Shown here piece after piece: positions 41,822-51,734 of a stretch of 64,000 nucleotides of DNA. Numbering within the stretch: the first letter of the stretch is position 1; every line of letters begins with the position of its first letter. Source of the DNA: Thermoanaerobaculia bacterium (GTDB taxonomy: Bacteria > Acidobacteriota > Thermoanaerobaculia > Multivoradales > J023); contig JAUIJL010000030.1 in the NCBI GenBank assembly GCA_030431255.1, forward strand, positions 23,572 to 87,571. Reading direction: 5' to 3'. The notes beneath the pieces are model-generated. The model saw only the letters and a program-made list of their open reading frames with translations. It was not told the origin of the DNA and did no database searches. The position numbers were made by a program, and so were the translations under genes.

Positions 41822-42828
41822 ACGGCCCGCACGCTTCCCCACCTTCGGATCTAGAGACTCTGGCGGCCTTCATCGAGCATCGTCTGCCGGAGGCTGAGCG
41901 CCGCCGAGTCGAGGAGCGCTTGGCCCGAGACGAGGAGTTTTACGAGATCTACACCGAGACCCTGCAGACCCTCGAAGAGCTCGAGGCCGAGCCTGCTTCC
42001 GCCTCGCCCATCTCCATAGGCCCCCGGCTCCATCAAAGAGGCAGAGCCCGGCTCCTATCCTTGGCGGCAAGCCTCGTCGTGGTCTCGGGTTTCGTGTTGA
42101 TGTGGGCCATGCCGAGATATTTCCTCGGCTCCACCGGGCCGACGGGTGTGAGCGCTCGGCTCGGGGATCGCGCCGACTGGGACCTCAAAGCCCTCCATCC
42201 GACCACCCGAAGTGCCGGCGATCCGGCGTCCTGGACTTTCGAATGGGGTGCTTTGGGCATCCATCTCGGAACCCATCTCATCGACCTGCAGGTCGCTTTG
42301 GAGGCCGGTGATTGGCGCGCCGCCGAACGGGCCGCTGCTCAGTTGGCCGGGGAGCTGAAGGGCAGCCTATTCTTTGATGGCGGGACCTTCGAGGAAATGG
42401 CTTCGTCTCTCGAGCCGCCCGAAGCCAGGGGCGATGAGGGTGAGCATCCTGGCCTGGCGCCGGACACACGAGACCGTCACCTTCAGACCTTGGCCGAGCA
42501 GGACGAGCTCTTCGAGCAAACGTATCAGCAGCTCGGCTTACGGGCTTATCACCTGGGCAAATGGCTCGAATCCACGCGTCTCATGGCCCTGAGCCGGGAC
42601 GAGCGCCCCCTTCGCAATCGGCTGGGCCGCCTATCCGCCGCCGAGCGGATCCTCCAGAAAGACGGATTCGAGACCTACAAGCTGCAGCGGAGCGAGGAAA
42701 TCCTTGACCGCCTGAAGCTGCTTCGGGAGGCCGACGACCCTCAAGCTCTCGACTTCAAGGCGATTGCGAAACTGCTCGAAGACCTGATCGTCGAGCTGGG
42801 ACGAGAGAGCTCGTCTCTCGAACCCTGA
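41818..42828 (+). CDS. Putative membrane anti-sigma factor
   Basis: ATGA overlap with the sigma gene; N-terminal 'ETLAAFIEHRL...ERRRVEERL' (zf-HC2-like but without Cys), one TM helix, then an extracytoplasmic domain. Confidence 0.65.
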   Translation: MNGPHASPPSDLETLAAFIEHRLPEAERRRVEERLARDEEFYEIYTETLQTLEELEAEPASASPISIGPRLHQRGRARLLSLAASLVVVSGFVLMWAMPRYFLGSTGPTGVSARLGDRADWDLKALHPTTRSAGDPASWTFEWGALGIHLGTHLIDLQVALEAGDWRAAERAAAQLAGELKGSLFFDGGTFEEMASSLEPPEARGDEGEHPGLAPDTRDRHLQTLAEQDELFEQTYQQLGLRAYHLGKWLESTRLMALSRDERPLRNRLGRLSAAERILQKDGFETYKLQRSEEILDRLKLLREADDPQALDFKAIAKLLEDLIVELGRESSSLEP

Positions 42829-42878
42829 CACCTGACGCCTGCGTCGCCCCTCCCATAGCCCGGTTCAGCCGGCGCCGA

Positions 42879-42920
42879 GTTTCTTGCACGCACCGGGTTT
42901 CTTGCACCGGGTTTCTTGCA
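42879..42920 (+). repeat. Three direct GTTTCTTGCA repeats
   Basis: Copies begin at 42879, 42897 and 42911. Confidence 0.7.
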
Positions 42921-42921
42921 A

Positions 42922-42966
42922 TTATCACCTCGCGTTCACCCCTCCTTCACACTTGACGCCTAAATT
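42922..42966 (+). promoter_or_regulatory. PHO-box-like 11-bp-periodic direct repeats plus a -10 element
   Basis: TTATCAC-N4-CGTTCAC-N4-CCTTCAC (TCAC at 42925, 42936, 42947), then 10 bp to TAAATT (42961-66). Confidence 0.55.
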
Positions 42967-42998
42967 TCGAGCATCGCAGGCCGTAATCCGCGTTCGCA

Positions 42999-43583
42999 AT
43001 GCTCGACAGGCTGTGCAAAAGAGAGGTGACCGTGCGAGTAGCCCCCCATCTATCGACTTTTCAGCGGATTTCGGAGCTGGAGCTACCGGTCTGCCGTTTC
43101 TGTCATCAGCTCAGCAGTCGCCGGGTTCACCGCTTCTTTTCCATGATCAGCAAAATCGGTGACGGCCATTATTGGTATTTGGTCTTGCTATCTCTCTTTA
43201 TATTCCACGGCCTCGACGCCGTTCCCGTGTTCACCCACGTGGCGTCGGTCGGTTTGGTCTGCCACGTGCTCTACAAAAGTCTCAAGAATCGCACGGCGCG
43301 AACCCGCCCGTTCGCATTCGCCGAGGCCGGATTCGATCTCACCGTTCCGCCCTTGGATAAATATAGTTTTCCATCGGGTCACACGCTTCATGCGCTGACG
43401 TTTACCCTCGTCGTGACCTCGTACTTTCCCCAGTTGGGTTGGATCCTATTTCCCTTTACTATTTTGGTGGCTGCCTCCCGCATCGTGCTCGGATTGCACT
43501 ACCCCACAGACGTGGTGGCTGGTGCGTTGCTCGGCTGCCTACTCAGCTTCCTCTCTTTCCAAATCTCATTCCCTTTGATCTGA
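42999..43583 (+). CDS. PAP2-family phosphatase
   Basis: K....R.RP, SFPSGH and SRIVLGLHYPTDV. The start could be a later GTG. Confidence 0.9.
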   Translation: MLDRLCKREVTVRVAPHLSTFQRISELELPVCRFCHQLSSRRVHRFFSMISKIGDGHYWYLVLLSLFIFHGLDAVPVFTHVASVGLVCHVLYKSLKNRTARTRPFAFAEAGFDLTVPPLDKYSFPSGHTLHALTFTLVVTSYFPQLGWILFPFTILVAASRIVLGLHYPTDVVAGALLGCLLSFLSFQISFPLI

Positions 43584-43662
43584 CGAGACAAGCCCCGACA
43601 ACTCCCGAGCCTTCGTCGAGATCGGACCTCGCGGTCCCGTCTCGGCCATGCGTGATACCAAC

Positions 43663-44835
43663 ATGAAAATTCTCTACATCTCAGATGTTTTCTTCCCCCG
43701 CGTCAACGGGGTCTCCACCTCCATCGCCACCTTCCGCTCAGAGCTGCAAAAGCTTGGGCATCGGGTGGATCTGGCAGCTCCGAGATACGGCGGCGAGCCC
43801 GAGGAGGACGGCATCATCCGATTCGACGGACGATCCGTGCCATTTGATCCGGAAGATCGCTGGATCCATCGCAAATCCGTGCTCGAGCATCACCGTCATC
43901 TGATCGCCCAACAATACGATCTCGTGCACGTCCAGACCCCTTTTGTCGCCCATCGGGTCGGCCTGCGTCTGGCCAAGGAGCTAGGGGTGCCGGTGGTCGA
44001 GACCTACCACACCTTTTTCGAGGAATATCTCTACCACTACCTACCCTTCGCACCGCGCGGATGGATGCGCGGCTTGGCCAGGTATTTCTCGCGCCACCAA
44101 TGCAATCGGGTGGACGCGTTGGTGGTCCCTTCCCGGGCGATGGAAGACGCCTTGACCAGCTACGGTGTCCACACCCAGATGTATAGGATCCCCACCGGTC
44201 TCAAACCGGAAGAATTCGCTTGCGGAAACGGCGCCCGATTCAGAGACAAATATCGCATTCCCACGGATCGTCCGACCCTCGTACACATCGGGCGGGTCGC
44301 CTTCGAGAAGAATATTTCGTTCCTGCTGAGGATGTTGCGGCGTTTGGTGAGCAAAATCCCCAATGTCCTATTGGTCATCGCGGGGGAAGGGCCGGCGGTC
44401 CCCAGCCTCAAACAGCAGGTGCAAGAGCTCGACCTCGACGGCCATGTGCTCTTCCTCGGTTATATGGATCGAGGCACCGAGCTGATGGATTGTTATCGAG
44501 CCGCGGACGGTTTCGTCTTTGCTTCGCGCACTGAAACCCAAGGGCTGGTGTTGTTGGAAGCCATGGCGCTCTCGGTGCCGGTGGTCTCCACCGCGGTGAT
44601 GGGGACCCGCGACATCCTGGAGCCGGAAAAGGGCTGTCTGGTGGCCCAGGAAGACGAGCAAGACTTCGCCGCCAAGGTCGAGTCCCTTTTGACCAACTCC
44701 CAGCTACGAAATCGACTACGACGCGAGGCCCGCGAGTACGCCCTGGTGGAATGGAATGCGGCGACCATGGCCCAACGTCTGGCCGAGGTCTACCAAGGGC
44801 TGACCCGCGAGCACCGACTCAAAACCGCGGCTTAG
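43663..44835 (+). CDS. Glycosyltransferase family 4 (diacylglycerol glycosyltransferase-like)
   Basis: SDVFFPRVNGVSTSI, HVQTPF, TYHT, GRVAFEKN and FASRTETQGLVLLEAMA. Confidence 0.88.
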   Translation: MKILYISDVFFPRVNGVSTSIATFRSELQKLGHRVDLAAPRYGGEPEEDGIIRFDGRSVPFDPEDRWIHRKSVLEHHRHLIAQQYDLVHVQTPFVAHRVGLRLAKELGVPVVETYHTFFEEYLYHYLPFAPRGWMRGLARYFSRHQCNRVDALVVPSRAMEDALTSYGVHTQMYRIPTGLKPEEFACGNGARFRDKYRIPTDRPTLVHIGRVAFEKNISFLLRMLRRLVSKIPNVLLVIAGEGPAVPSLKQQVQELDLDGHVLFLGYMDRGTELMDCYRAADGFVFASRTETQGLVLLEAMALSVPVVSTAVMGTRDILEPEKGCLVAQEDEQDFAAKVESLLTNSQLRNRLRREAREYALVEWNAATMAQRLAEVYQGLTREHRLKTAA

Positions 44836-45080
44836 CGCCAATGCCCGTTCACAAATGCTCTCGACGGGTCGGCGCGGCGCTCTGCGCGCGTCGCTACGAG
44901 CTCGCGCCACCGGTGAGATGCCGTTGCAAGTCTCTGATGTGGCGGGCCTTACGCCGATTCATCGGCTGAATCGCTCAGACATGCTTCGCTTCCGTGCTCG
45001 ATGCGCCGCGCCTTCTTAATCCTCGAAAACGCCAAACCTGGATGGAGTCATGCCAATTGAGGCAAGATCCGCTGACCCGG

Positions 45081-46880
45081 CTACCGACCGTCAGCGCGGC
45101 GATAAACGACCTCGCCGCCCATGATGGTCAGGTCGACTCGGGCGTCGCGGATCTCTTCGGCGGGAACGGTGAGGATGTCCTTCGACAACACCACTGCATC
45201 CGCCAGCTTGCCCACCTCCAATGAGCCGACCACGTCCTCTTGGAAGGCGCCGTAGGCGCCGTCGAGGGTCATGGAGCGCAGGGCTTCCAAACGTCCCAAG
45301 GCTTGTTCGGGATAGAAGGTCTCGCCGTTTTTCATCAAGCGGGTCACCGCGGAGTGATAGTTGGCGATCGGGTCGACGTCTTCCACCGGTGCGTCGGTGC
45401 CGTTGATCAACGCCGCTCCGGACTCGCGGAGCTTTTGCCAGACGTAGGCACCGGCTTCGGATCGCTCGTCACCGATGCGCTCCGGTACCCACGGCCCATC
45501 GGAGGTGCAGTGGACGGTTTGCATGGAAGCGATCACCCCCAGCTCAGCGAAGCGGGGGATGTCCTCGGGATCCAAATGTTGGGCGTGCTCGATCCGCCAG
45601 CGGAGCTTCGAAGGCGTCCCGTCTCCGGCCTCGAAAGCCTCGGCGTAAATGCCCAACACCTCCCGATTGGCCCGATCACCGATGGCGTGGGTGGCCAGCT
45701 GATAGCCGTGCTCGCGGGCCAGCTCCGCCGTGCGACGGAGATCGTCGAGGTCCGAAAGCTGTAGACCGACGGTGTCGGGGTCGTCGTCGTAGGGGGCCAA
45801 CAGCCAGGCGCCGCGCGATCCCAAGGCGCCGTCCATGTACCGTTTGATGCCGCCCACGGCCAGCACATCATGGTCGCCGTAGTTAGCCGTTTTATAGTCC
45901 GCCAGATTGGCCGCCAGCTCCTCGTTGGAGCCCGCCACCATGACCCACAACCGGGTGCCGAGCTTTCCTTCGTCGGCGGCTTTGCGCAGGACGTCCACAT
46001 CGCTGAACGGCGAGCCGGCGTCGTGGAAGGACGTCACCCCTTTGGACCGGCATTCGTCACCGGCCATCTTCACCATCTTCAGGGCCTCGCTCTCCGACGC
46101 CGCGCCTTCGGCGCCACCGCGGGCCCGATGGATCAGACCCTGGGCGGTCTCGTTGAATAAACCGGAGGCCTTGCCCTGCTCGTCGCGCACGATGTCGCCA
46201 CCGGCGGGGTTCGGGGTGTCGGCGTCGATGCCCGCCAAACGCATGGCCTCCGCGTTGGCCAACAGCGCGTGGCCGCTGGCGTGGGTCAACAGCACGGGGT
46301 TGTCGGGGGCGGCGGCGGTGAGATCGTCGTGGGTGGGGAACTCGTTGACCACCCGAGCCGGCTCGTCGGACCACTTATCCTGGTGCCAACCGCGACCTCG
46401 AATCCACTCACCGGGCTCGGCCTCGGCGGCCGCCTCGCGCACCATGCCGACGATGCCCGCCCAGCTGTCGGCCGTGGACAAGGGCAGCTGAATGCGCGCG
46501 TCTCCGATGGAGAGAAAATGGGCGTGGGATTCCACAAAGCCGGGAATCGCCAGCCGACCCCGTAGATCCACGATTTCCGTCGCGTCCGACACCAAGGCCT
46601 CGATTTCGGAACGGGCGCCGAGCGCAACGATCTTGCCGTCTTTGGCCGCCAAGGCTTCCACCTCGGGCTGTTGGTCGTCGACCGTGGCGATTTTCCCTCC
46701 CCAGATCACCAGATCGGCCGCGGATTCCGGCGGTGCTCCCGAGCCGGTCTCAGCACCGGGATCGGCACAGCCCATCACGCCGAATACCAACCCGAGCAGG
46801 GCACAACCCGCACCGAAACCGAAAGCCGATCGGTCCGACCTCGAAGCGGCGGATCGTCGCGAAAAATCTCTGAACGCCAT
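45081..46880 (-). CDS. Amidohydrolase_3 (YtcJ-like) lipoprotein
   Basis: Lipobox-like VMGC; PGFVESHAH, DGALGSRGA, HAIGDRAN, RIEHAQ, GTDAPVE and GKLAD. Confidence 0.9.
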   Translation of the reverse strand: MAFRDFSRRSAASRSDRSAFGFGAGCALLGLVFGVMGCADPGAETGSGAPPESAADLVIWGGKIATVDDQQPEVEALAAKDGKIVALGARSEIEALVSDATEIVDLRGRLAIPGFVESHAHFLSIGDARIQLPLSTADSWAGIVGMVREAAAEAEPGEWIRGRGWHQDKWSDEPARVVNEFPTHDDLTAAAPDNPVLLTHASGHALLANAEAMRLAGIDADTPNPAGGDIVRDEQGKASGLFNETAQGLIHRARGGAEGAASESEALKMVKMAGDECRSKGVTSFHDAGSPFSDVDVLRKAADEGKLGTRLWVMVAGSNEELAANLADYKTANYGDHDVLAVGGIKRYMDGALGSRGAWLLAPYDDDPDTVGLQLSDLDDLRRTAELAREHGYQLATHAIGDRANREVLGIYAEAFEAGDGTPSKLRWRIEHAQHLDPEDIPRFAELGVIASMQTVHCTSDGPWVPERIGDERSEAGAYVWQKLRESGAALINGTDAPVEDVDPIANYHSAVTRLMKNGETFYPEQALGRLEALRSMTLDGAYGAFQEDVVGSLEVGKLADAVVLSKDILTVPAEEIRDARVDLTIMGGEVVYRRADGR

Positions 46881-47120
46881 TGGACTTGCCCTTTCTGGGA
46901 AGATGATCGTTTGCTCATGGAGGGCGCATGATAGCGCACCTGAAGCAGCAATCCTCGACGGCTGTGGGCTATGATCACCGTGTATGGAATCGCTATGAAG
47001 GATAGCCGCAGTTAAGGATAGCCACTGTGAAAGATAACCGCAGTGAGAGATGGTCGCTGTGAAAAGTAATCACAGTGCTGGTGCCGGGCACCCCGGCCCA
47101 AACCCGCAAGGAGAACGACG

Positions 47121-47879
47121 ATGACCAAAAAAGGACTGCCCGTTCTCGGCAATCCGGCTCCGGAAGAGGGATCCGCCGACCGCGACTTCTTGGAGCAGCC
47201 GCGGGAAATTTCGACCCCGGAGTTTCTCCAGGCGGTCCAAGAAGATCGACGGGAAGACGTCGCCAAGATGATCGTGCACGACGACCGCCTGGTGAAGAGC
47301 CGCGACCCTTCCGGTGCGACCGCCGTCCAGCTCGCCGTCTACCACGGTCTCGACGAGATCCTCGGCATCTTGTTGCGCGCGGAAGTGCCGTTGGACGCCT
47401 TCGAGGCCGCCGCCGTCGGCGATACCCCCCGGGTCAAGGAGTGTGTCGAAAAGGATCCGAGTCTGCTCGGCTCGTGGTCCGAGGACGGATTTCCCCTCTT
47501 GGGGCTGGCCGCCTTCTTCGGCCGTCTGGACACCTTCGACTACCTCCTCGAGCAGGGAGCGGACCCGAATATCCAGGCCACGAATCCCGCGCGGGTATGC
47601 CCACTGCACAGCGCCGCCGCCCACCGCGACCAAGAGGCCTCCCTGGTCATGGCCCGCAAGCTGATCGCCGCGGGTGCCGACATCGAGGCGGAGCAAGCCG
47701 GTGGCTTTCACCCCTTGCACCAAGCCGCCGCCGGCAATCATCTGAAGCTGGTCGACCTACTCTTGGAGGCCGGCGCTGACCCCTCGTGCGAGAACGATAC
47801 CGGCAAAACTCCCCTCGACTTGGCACGTGAGCGAGGCCACGATGCCATCATCGAGCGGCTCAGCGGGCTCGGGACCTGA
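47121..47879 (+). CDS. Ankyrin-repeat protein
   Basis: DGFPLLGLAAFFG, PLHSAAA, FHPLHQAAA, LLLEAGADP and GKTPLDLA. Confidence 0.9.
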   Translation: MTKKGLPVLGNPAPEEGSADRDFLEQPREISTPEFLQAVQEDRREDVAKMIVHDDRLVKSRDPSGATAVQLAVYHGLDEILGILLRAEVPLDAFEAAAVGDTPRVKECVEKDPSLLGSWSEDGFPLLGLAAFFGRLDTFDYLLEQGADPNIQATNPARVCPLHSAAAHRDQEASLVMARKLIAAGADIEAEQAGGFHPLHQAAAGNHLKLVDLLLEAGADPSCENDTGKTPLDLARERGHDAIIERLSGLGT

Positions 47880-48026
47880 CGGCATCCCTGGCGAGGCGAG
47901 CCACGAGGCCGGTATACTCGGAGCCGGTTATTTCGAAAACCTCCGCGGCCCTGGCGATTCCAAGACCTGCGGGGCAGCTCGAATCCATGACCTCCCCATG
48001 CTGAGCAGACGCCAAGTCATATTCTG

Positions 48027-50042
48027 ATGAATATTCCGACCCACACGGCCCCCGCTCAAGGTACCGAATATTGCCTGCGTGGCGAGATTGGTGGCCTTGA
48101 GCAGCTCTACTTGCTCAAGCCGGGTGAGAATCGGCTCGGTGCCCTCGACTCCAACGAGGTGACCCTGCCGATTCCCGGCGTCTCACGCATGCACGCCCGC
48201 CTCAGCCTGTCGGCCACGGGTGACCTCAGCATCGAGGATCTTTCGAGCAAGAACGGCACGTTTGCCGACGGCCAGCGGATCCAAACCGCCACCGTACCGG
48301 TGGGGTCGGAGCTACGATTCGGCCCGGTCAGCCTGCGCTACGAGGAATTCCATCGAGACGACGGTCGGTTGGCGATCAGCTTCGATTTCAATCCTACCGA
48401 GCAGACCATGTCGTTCCCGATCCAGGGATCGCCACGCAATACGGGCACCCAGATCAGCTCCCTCACCCGCCAATGGCTGATTCTGGCCGAAGCGTTCCAA
48501 GAGCGCTTGATGTACGGCGATGCCGGCGATTTCACCGCCGCCCTGAGCTTGTTGGTGGAGGAAATGCACCTCGACACCGCCTGCATGATGGAGCTGCCCG
48601 ACGGCCGCGAGCCGGTTTTGCTCAACACCGTCGGCCGGCTCGACGACGCGGCGGCCAAAGAGCTCAAGCGGGTCCTGAAACCGTTCCGTCAGCAACCGGC
48701 CGGCCGCAACAGCATCTACTACGACACCTTGAACGACAGTCGCGGCGGCTCCCTCACCGTCGCCGCGTTGCGCTCCCCCGGTGCCGATCCCCTTGTGCTC
48801 GCGCTCTGGGGCCGATTCCCCGGGCGCCTCGACAGCGAGCAATTCCTGCGTCTGCTGATCCGCATGCTCGATGCCCAGCGCCCCAACGTAGCTCGCGGCG
48901 GCCAGCGGGACTCCGAGGACAACTCGGGCATCTACCCCGGCTTGATCGTGCCTCCGGACTACGTCTACGCCCAATCCGAGGTCATGCGTCAAATCTACGA
49001 CCTGATGCAAACCTTGGCCCAGGGCGATTTACCCATTCTGATCATCGGCGAGACCGGCGTCGGCAAAGAATATCTGGCCCAAATCCTCCACAGCTCCTCG
49101 CCCCGACGCCGCGGTCCGTTCGTCGCCATCAATTGCGCGGCCATTCCCGCGGAGCTGCTGGAAGCGGAGCTCTTCGGCATCGGCGACGGCGTGGCCACCG
49201 GGGTGACCGCCCGCAAAGGCAGATTTCAGCTGGCGGACGGCGGCACCCTCTTCCTCGATGAGATCGGGGATATGTCGGCGGATCTCCAGGCCAAGCTGCT
49301 GCGAGCCTTGCAGGAAAAGGAGGTCCATCCCTTGGGCAAGGAGCCCGTAGGAGTGGACGTCCGGGTGCTCGGAGCCACCAACCAGGAGCTGCTGAACCGC
49401 ATCAGCGACGGCTCGTTTCGGGCCGACCTCTACTACCGCCTAGCGGGTTATGTGCTGGAAATTCCACCCCTGCGCGAGCGACGGGAGGACGTCCCGCCCC
49501 TGGTCGAGCATTTCATTCGTCAATGTGCCGGCGAGCTCAATCGCTCGATCCGGGGTCTGACGGTGCACGCCTTGCGTATGCTCACGGACTACCCGTGGCC
49601 CGGTAACGTCCGCGAGCTCGCCAACGAGGTGCGCCGGGCGGTCTATCTCTGCCCGGAGCACCGCACCATCGAATCCTCCACCCTTTCCAAGACCCTGCGC
49701 CAGCACTACGCCACCCAAGGGCTCGGCGGCCTCGGGCTCGACAGCTCCGACGGCCATTCCACGCCGGGCACTCAAAGCGGTGACCTGCCGCGCCGCGAGC
49801 GCAGCCGGGACGACAGCAAAATCGTGTCCAGGCCCGTGGGCCTGAGCCTCGACTCCCTCGATTTGGAGGAGCTCGAGCACAAGGCCATCGACGAGGCCCT
49901 GCGCCGCTGCCAGGGCAACCAAGTCCAAGCCGCCAAGCTCCTGGGCATCTCGCGCCAAAAGCTGCGCCGACGGATGGAACGTATGGGTCATCTCAAACCC
50001 CCCGCCGGCAAATCCCCAAAGAGCCCAGCCGAAGATGAATAA
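48027..50042 (+). CDS. FHA-domain sigma54-type enhancer-binding protein (AAA+, Fis HTH)
   Basis: GVSRMHA and DLSSKNGT (FHA); GETGVGKE, INCAAIP, LFLDEIG, FRADLYYRL and WPGNVREL; GAFTGA is replaced by GVATGV. Confidence 0.9.
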   Translation: MNIPTHTAPAQGTEYCLRGEIGGLEQLYLLKPGENRLGALDSNEVTLPIPGVSRMHARLSLSATGDLSIEDLSSKNGTFADGQRIQTATVPVGSELRFGPVSLRYEEFHRDDGRLAISFDFNPTEQTMSFPIQGSPRNTGTQISSLTRQWLILAEAFQERLMYGDAGDFTAALSLLVEEMHLDTACMMELPDGREPVLLNTVGRLDDAAAKELKRVLKPFRQQPAGRNSIYYDTLNDSRGGSLTVAALRSPGADPLVLALWGRFPGRLDSEQFLRLLIRMLDAQRPNVARGGQRDSEDNSGIYPGLIVPPDYVYAQSEVMRQIYDLMQTLAQGDLPILIIGETGVGKEYLAQILHSSSPRRRGPFVAINCAAIPAELLEAELFGIGDGVATGVTARKGRFQLADGGTLFLDEIGDMSADLQAKLLRALQEKEVHPLGKEPVGVDVRVLGATNQELLNRISDGSFRADLYYRLAGYVLEIPPLRERREDVPPLVEHFIRQCAGELNRSIRGLTVHALRMLTDYPWPGNVRELANEVRRAVYLCPEHRTIESSTLSKTLRQHYATQGLGGLGLDSSDGHSTPGTQSGDLPRRERSRDDSKIVSRPVGLSLDSLDLEELEHKAIDEALRRCQGNQVQAAKLLGISRQKLRRRMERMGHLKPPAGKSPKSPAEDE

Positions 50043-50083
50043 CCGATCCATGATCCCGACCGGGAAATAACCCCTTCCGAAAT

Positions 50084-51478
50084 ATGAGCCCAGCAGATCC
50101 GCAGCCTGCCGACTTGCCGGACGCCGGCCCGGCCCCAAAAGTCCTGGTGGCCGACGACCAGCGAGACGTCCTAGAGTCCCTCCGCTTCTTGCTTCGCTCC
50201 GAAGGGTGCGCCGTCGAGACCGTCACCTCCCCACGGCTGGTGCTCGATCAGCTCCAACATCAGGAATTCGATGTGGTGCTGATGGATTTGAACTACGCCC
50301 GCGACACCACCTCCGGGCGTGAGGGATTGGATCTGATCCGGGACGTTCGAAAGATCGATCCAGCGCTGCCGATCGTGGTCATGACCGCTTGGGCGAGCGT
50401 GGAGGTGGCGGTGGAAGCCATGCGCGAGGGAGCGCGGGATTTCGTCGAAAAACCGTGGGACAACAACCGCCTGCTGTCGATCCTGCGAACCCAAACCGCT
50501 CTCGGACGAGCGATCCGTCGAGGTCAACGGCTGGAGGCGGAGAATCGGATTCTGCGCGACCGTGGAAAATCCGAGCTGATCGCCGGCAGCCCGGCCATGC
50601 AACCGGTTCTCGAGCTCATCGAGCGGGTCGGTCCGTCGGACGCCAACGTGTTGATCACGGGCGAGAACGGCACCGGCAAAGGATTGGTCGCCCAAGTGCT
50701 GCACCGGGTCTCCGATCGGTCGGAAAATCCGTTGATCACGGTCAACATCGGGGGCCTGTCGGAATCGATTTTCGAGAGCGAGCTCTTCGGTCACGTCAAG
50801 GGGGCTTTCACCGACGCCAAGAGCGATCGGGTCGGTCGATTCGAGCTGGCGGACGGCGGCACCCTGCTGATGGACGAAATTGCCAACATCTCCATGGCCC
50901 AACAATCTCGGCTCCTGCGCATTCTCGAAACCGGGGAGCTCGAGCGGGTCGGCTCCTCGCGCACCCGCAAGGTAGACGTCCGCATTCTCTCGGCCACCAA
51001 CGCCGATCTCCAAGAAGCGGTCAACCGCCAAACCTTCCGCCAAGATCTGCTCTTCCGCCTCAACACGGTGGAAATCCGCATTCCACCCCTGCGCGATCGT
51101 CGGGAAGATATCCCCGAGCTGGCCTTGAGCTTTTTGCGACGACACGCTCAGCACTACCGCAAACCCGTCAGCTCGTTCGACGACGGGGCCCTCAAAGCCC
51201 TGCTGGGCCATCCTTGGCCGGGCAACGTGCGCGAGCTCTCCCATGTGGTCGAGCGATCCGTGCTGATGTCCAACGGTGACACGGTGCACGCCCGCGACCT
51301 CGGCTTGCAAAGCACCGCCGCTCCTGCTTCCCTCGACGAGATGACCCTCGAAGACGCCGAGAAGCTGCTGATCCGCAAGGCCCTCGAGCGATACGCCGGC
51401 AACGTCAGCGACGCGGCCCGCGTGCTCGGCCTTTCCCGCAGCGCCCTCTATCGGCGGTTGGAAAAGTACGGTCTTTAG
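50084..51478 (+). CDS. NtrC-family sigma54-dependent response regulator
   Basis: Receiver domain (VADD, MDLN, KPW), GENGTGKG, GAFTDA, WPGNVREL and a C-terminal HTH. Confidence 0.93.
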   Translation: MSPADPQPADLPDAGPAPKVLVADDQRDVLESLRFLLRSEGCAVETVTSPRLVLDQLQHQEFDVVLMDLNYARDTTSGREGLDLIRDVRKIDPALPIVVMTAWASVEVAVEAMREGARDFVEKPWDNNRLLSILRTQTALGRAIRRGQRLEAENRILRDRGKSELIAGSPAMQPVLELIERVGPSDANVLITGENGTGKGLVAQVLHRVSDRSENPLITVNIGGLSESIFESELFGHVKGAFTDAKSDRVGRFELADGGTLLMDEIANISMAQQSRLLRILETGELERVGSSRTRKVDVRILSATNADLQEAVNRQTFRQDLLFRLNTVEIRIPPLRDRREDIPELALSFLRRHAQHYRKPVSSFDDGALKALLGHPWPGNVRELSHVVERSVLMSNGDTVHARDLGLQSTAAPASLDEMTLEDAEKLLIRKALERYAGNVSDAARVLGLSRSALYRRLEKYGL

Positions 51479-51562
51479 CGAGCTGATGAGATCTGAAAAG
51501 CTGAGGCTTTAGAAGATGTCTAGCTAGCGAGGCGGCTCAAACCGACGCGGTTCCCTTCCGGA

Positions 51563-51589
51563 CGTAGGGTCGGGGCTTGCCCCCGACCG
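51563..51589 (+). repeat. GTAG-type REP palindrome (intact copy)
   Basis: CGTAGGGTCGGGGCTTGCCCCCGACCG lies between convergent genes. Confidence 0.8.
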
Positions 51590-51734
51590 CGCCTGCGGCG
51601 GCTCACCGGCGAGCAGAGACAGATCCACAGGCGGATCACGAAGCCCGGCATCGACATCGGCCCCTGGGCTCCTCCGGCCCTTTCACGTCCACTCTCCCCT
51701 GCCATCCGATCCAAGACCATCACCTTTCACCGGC

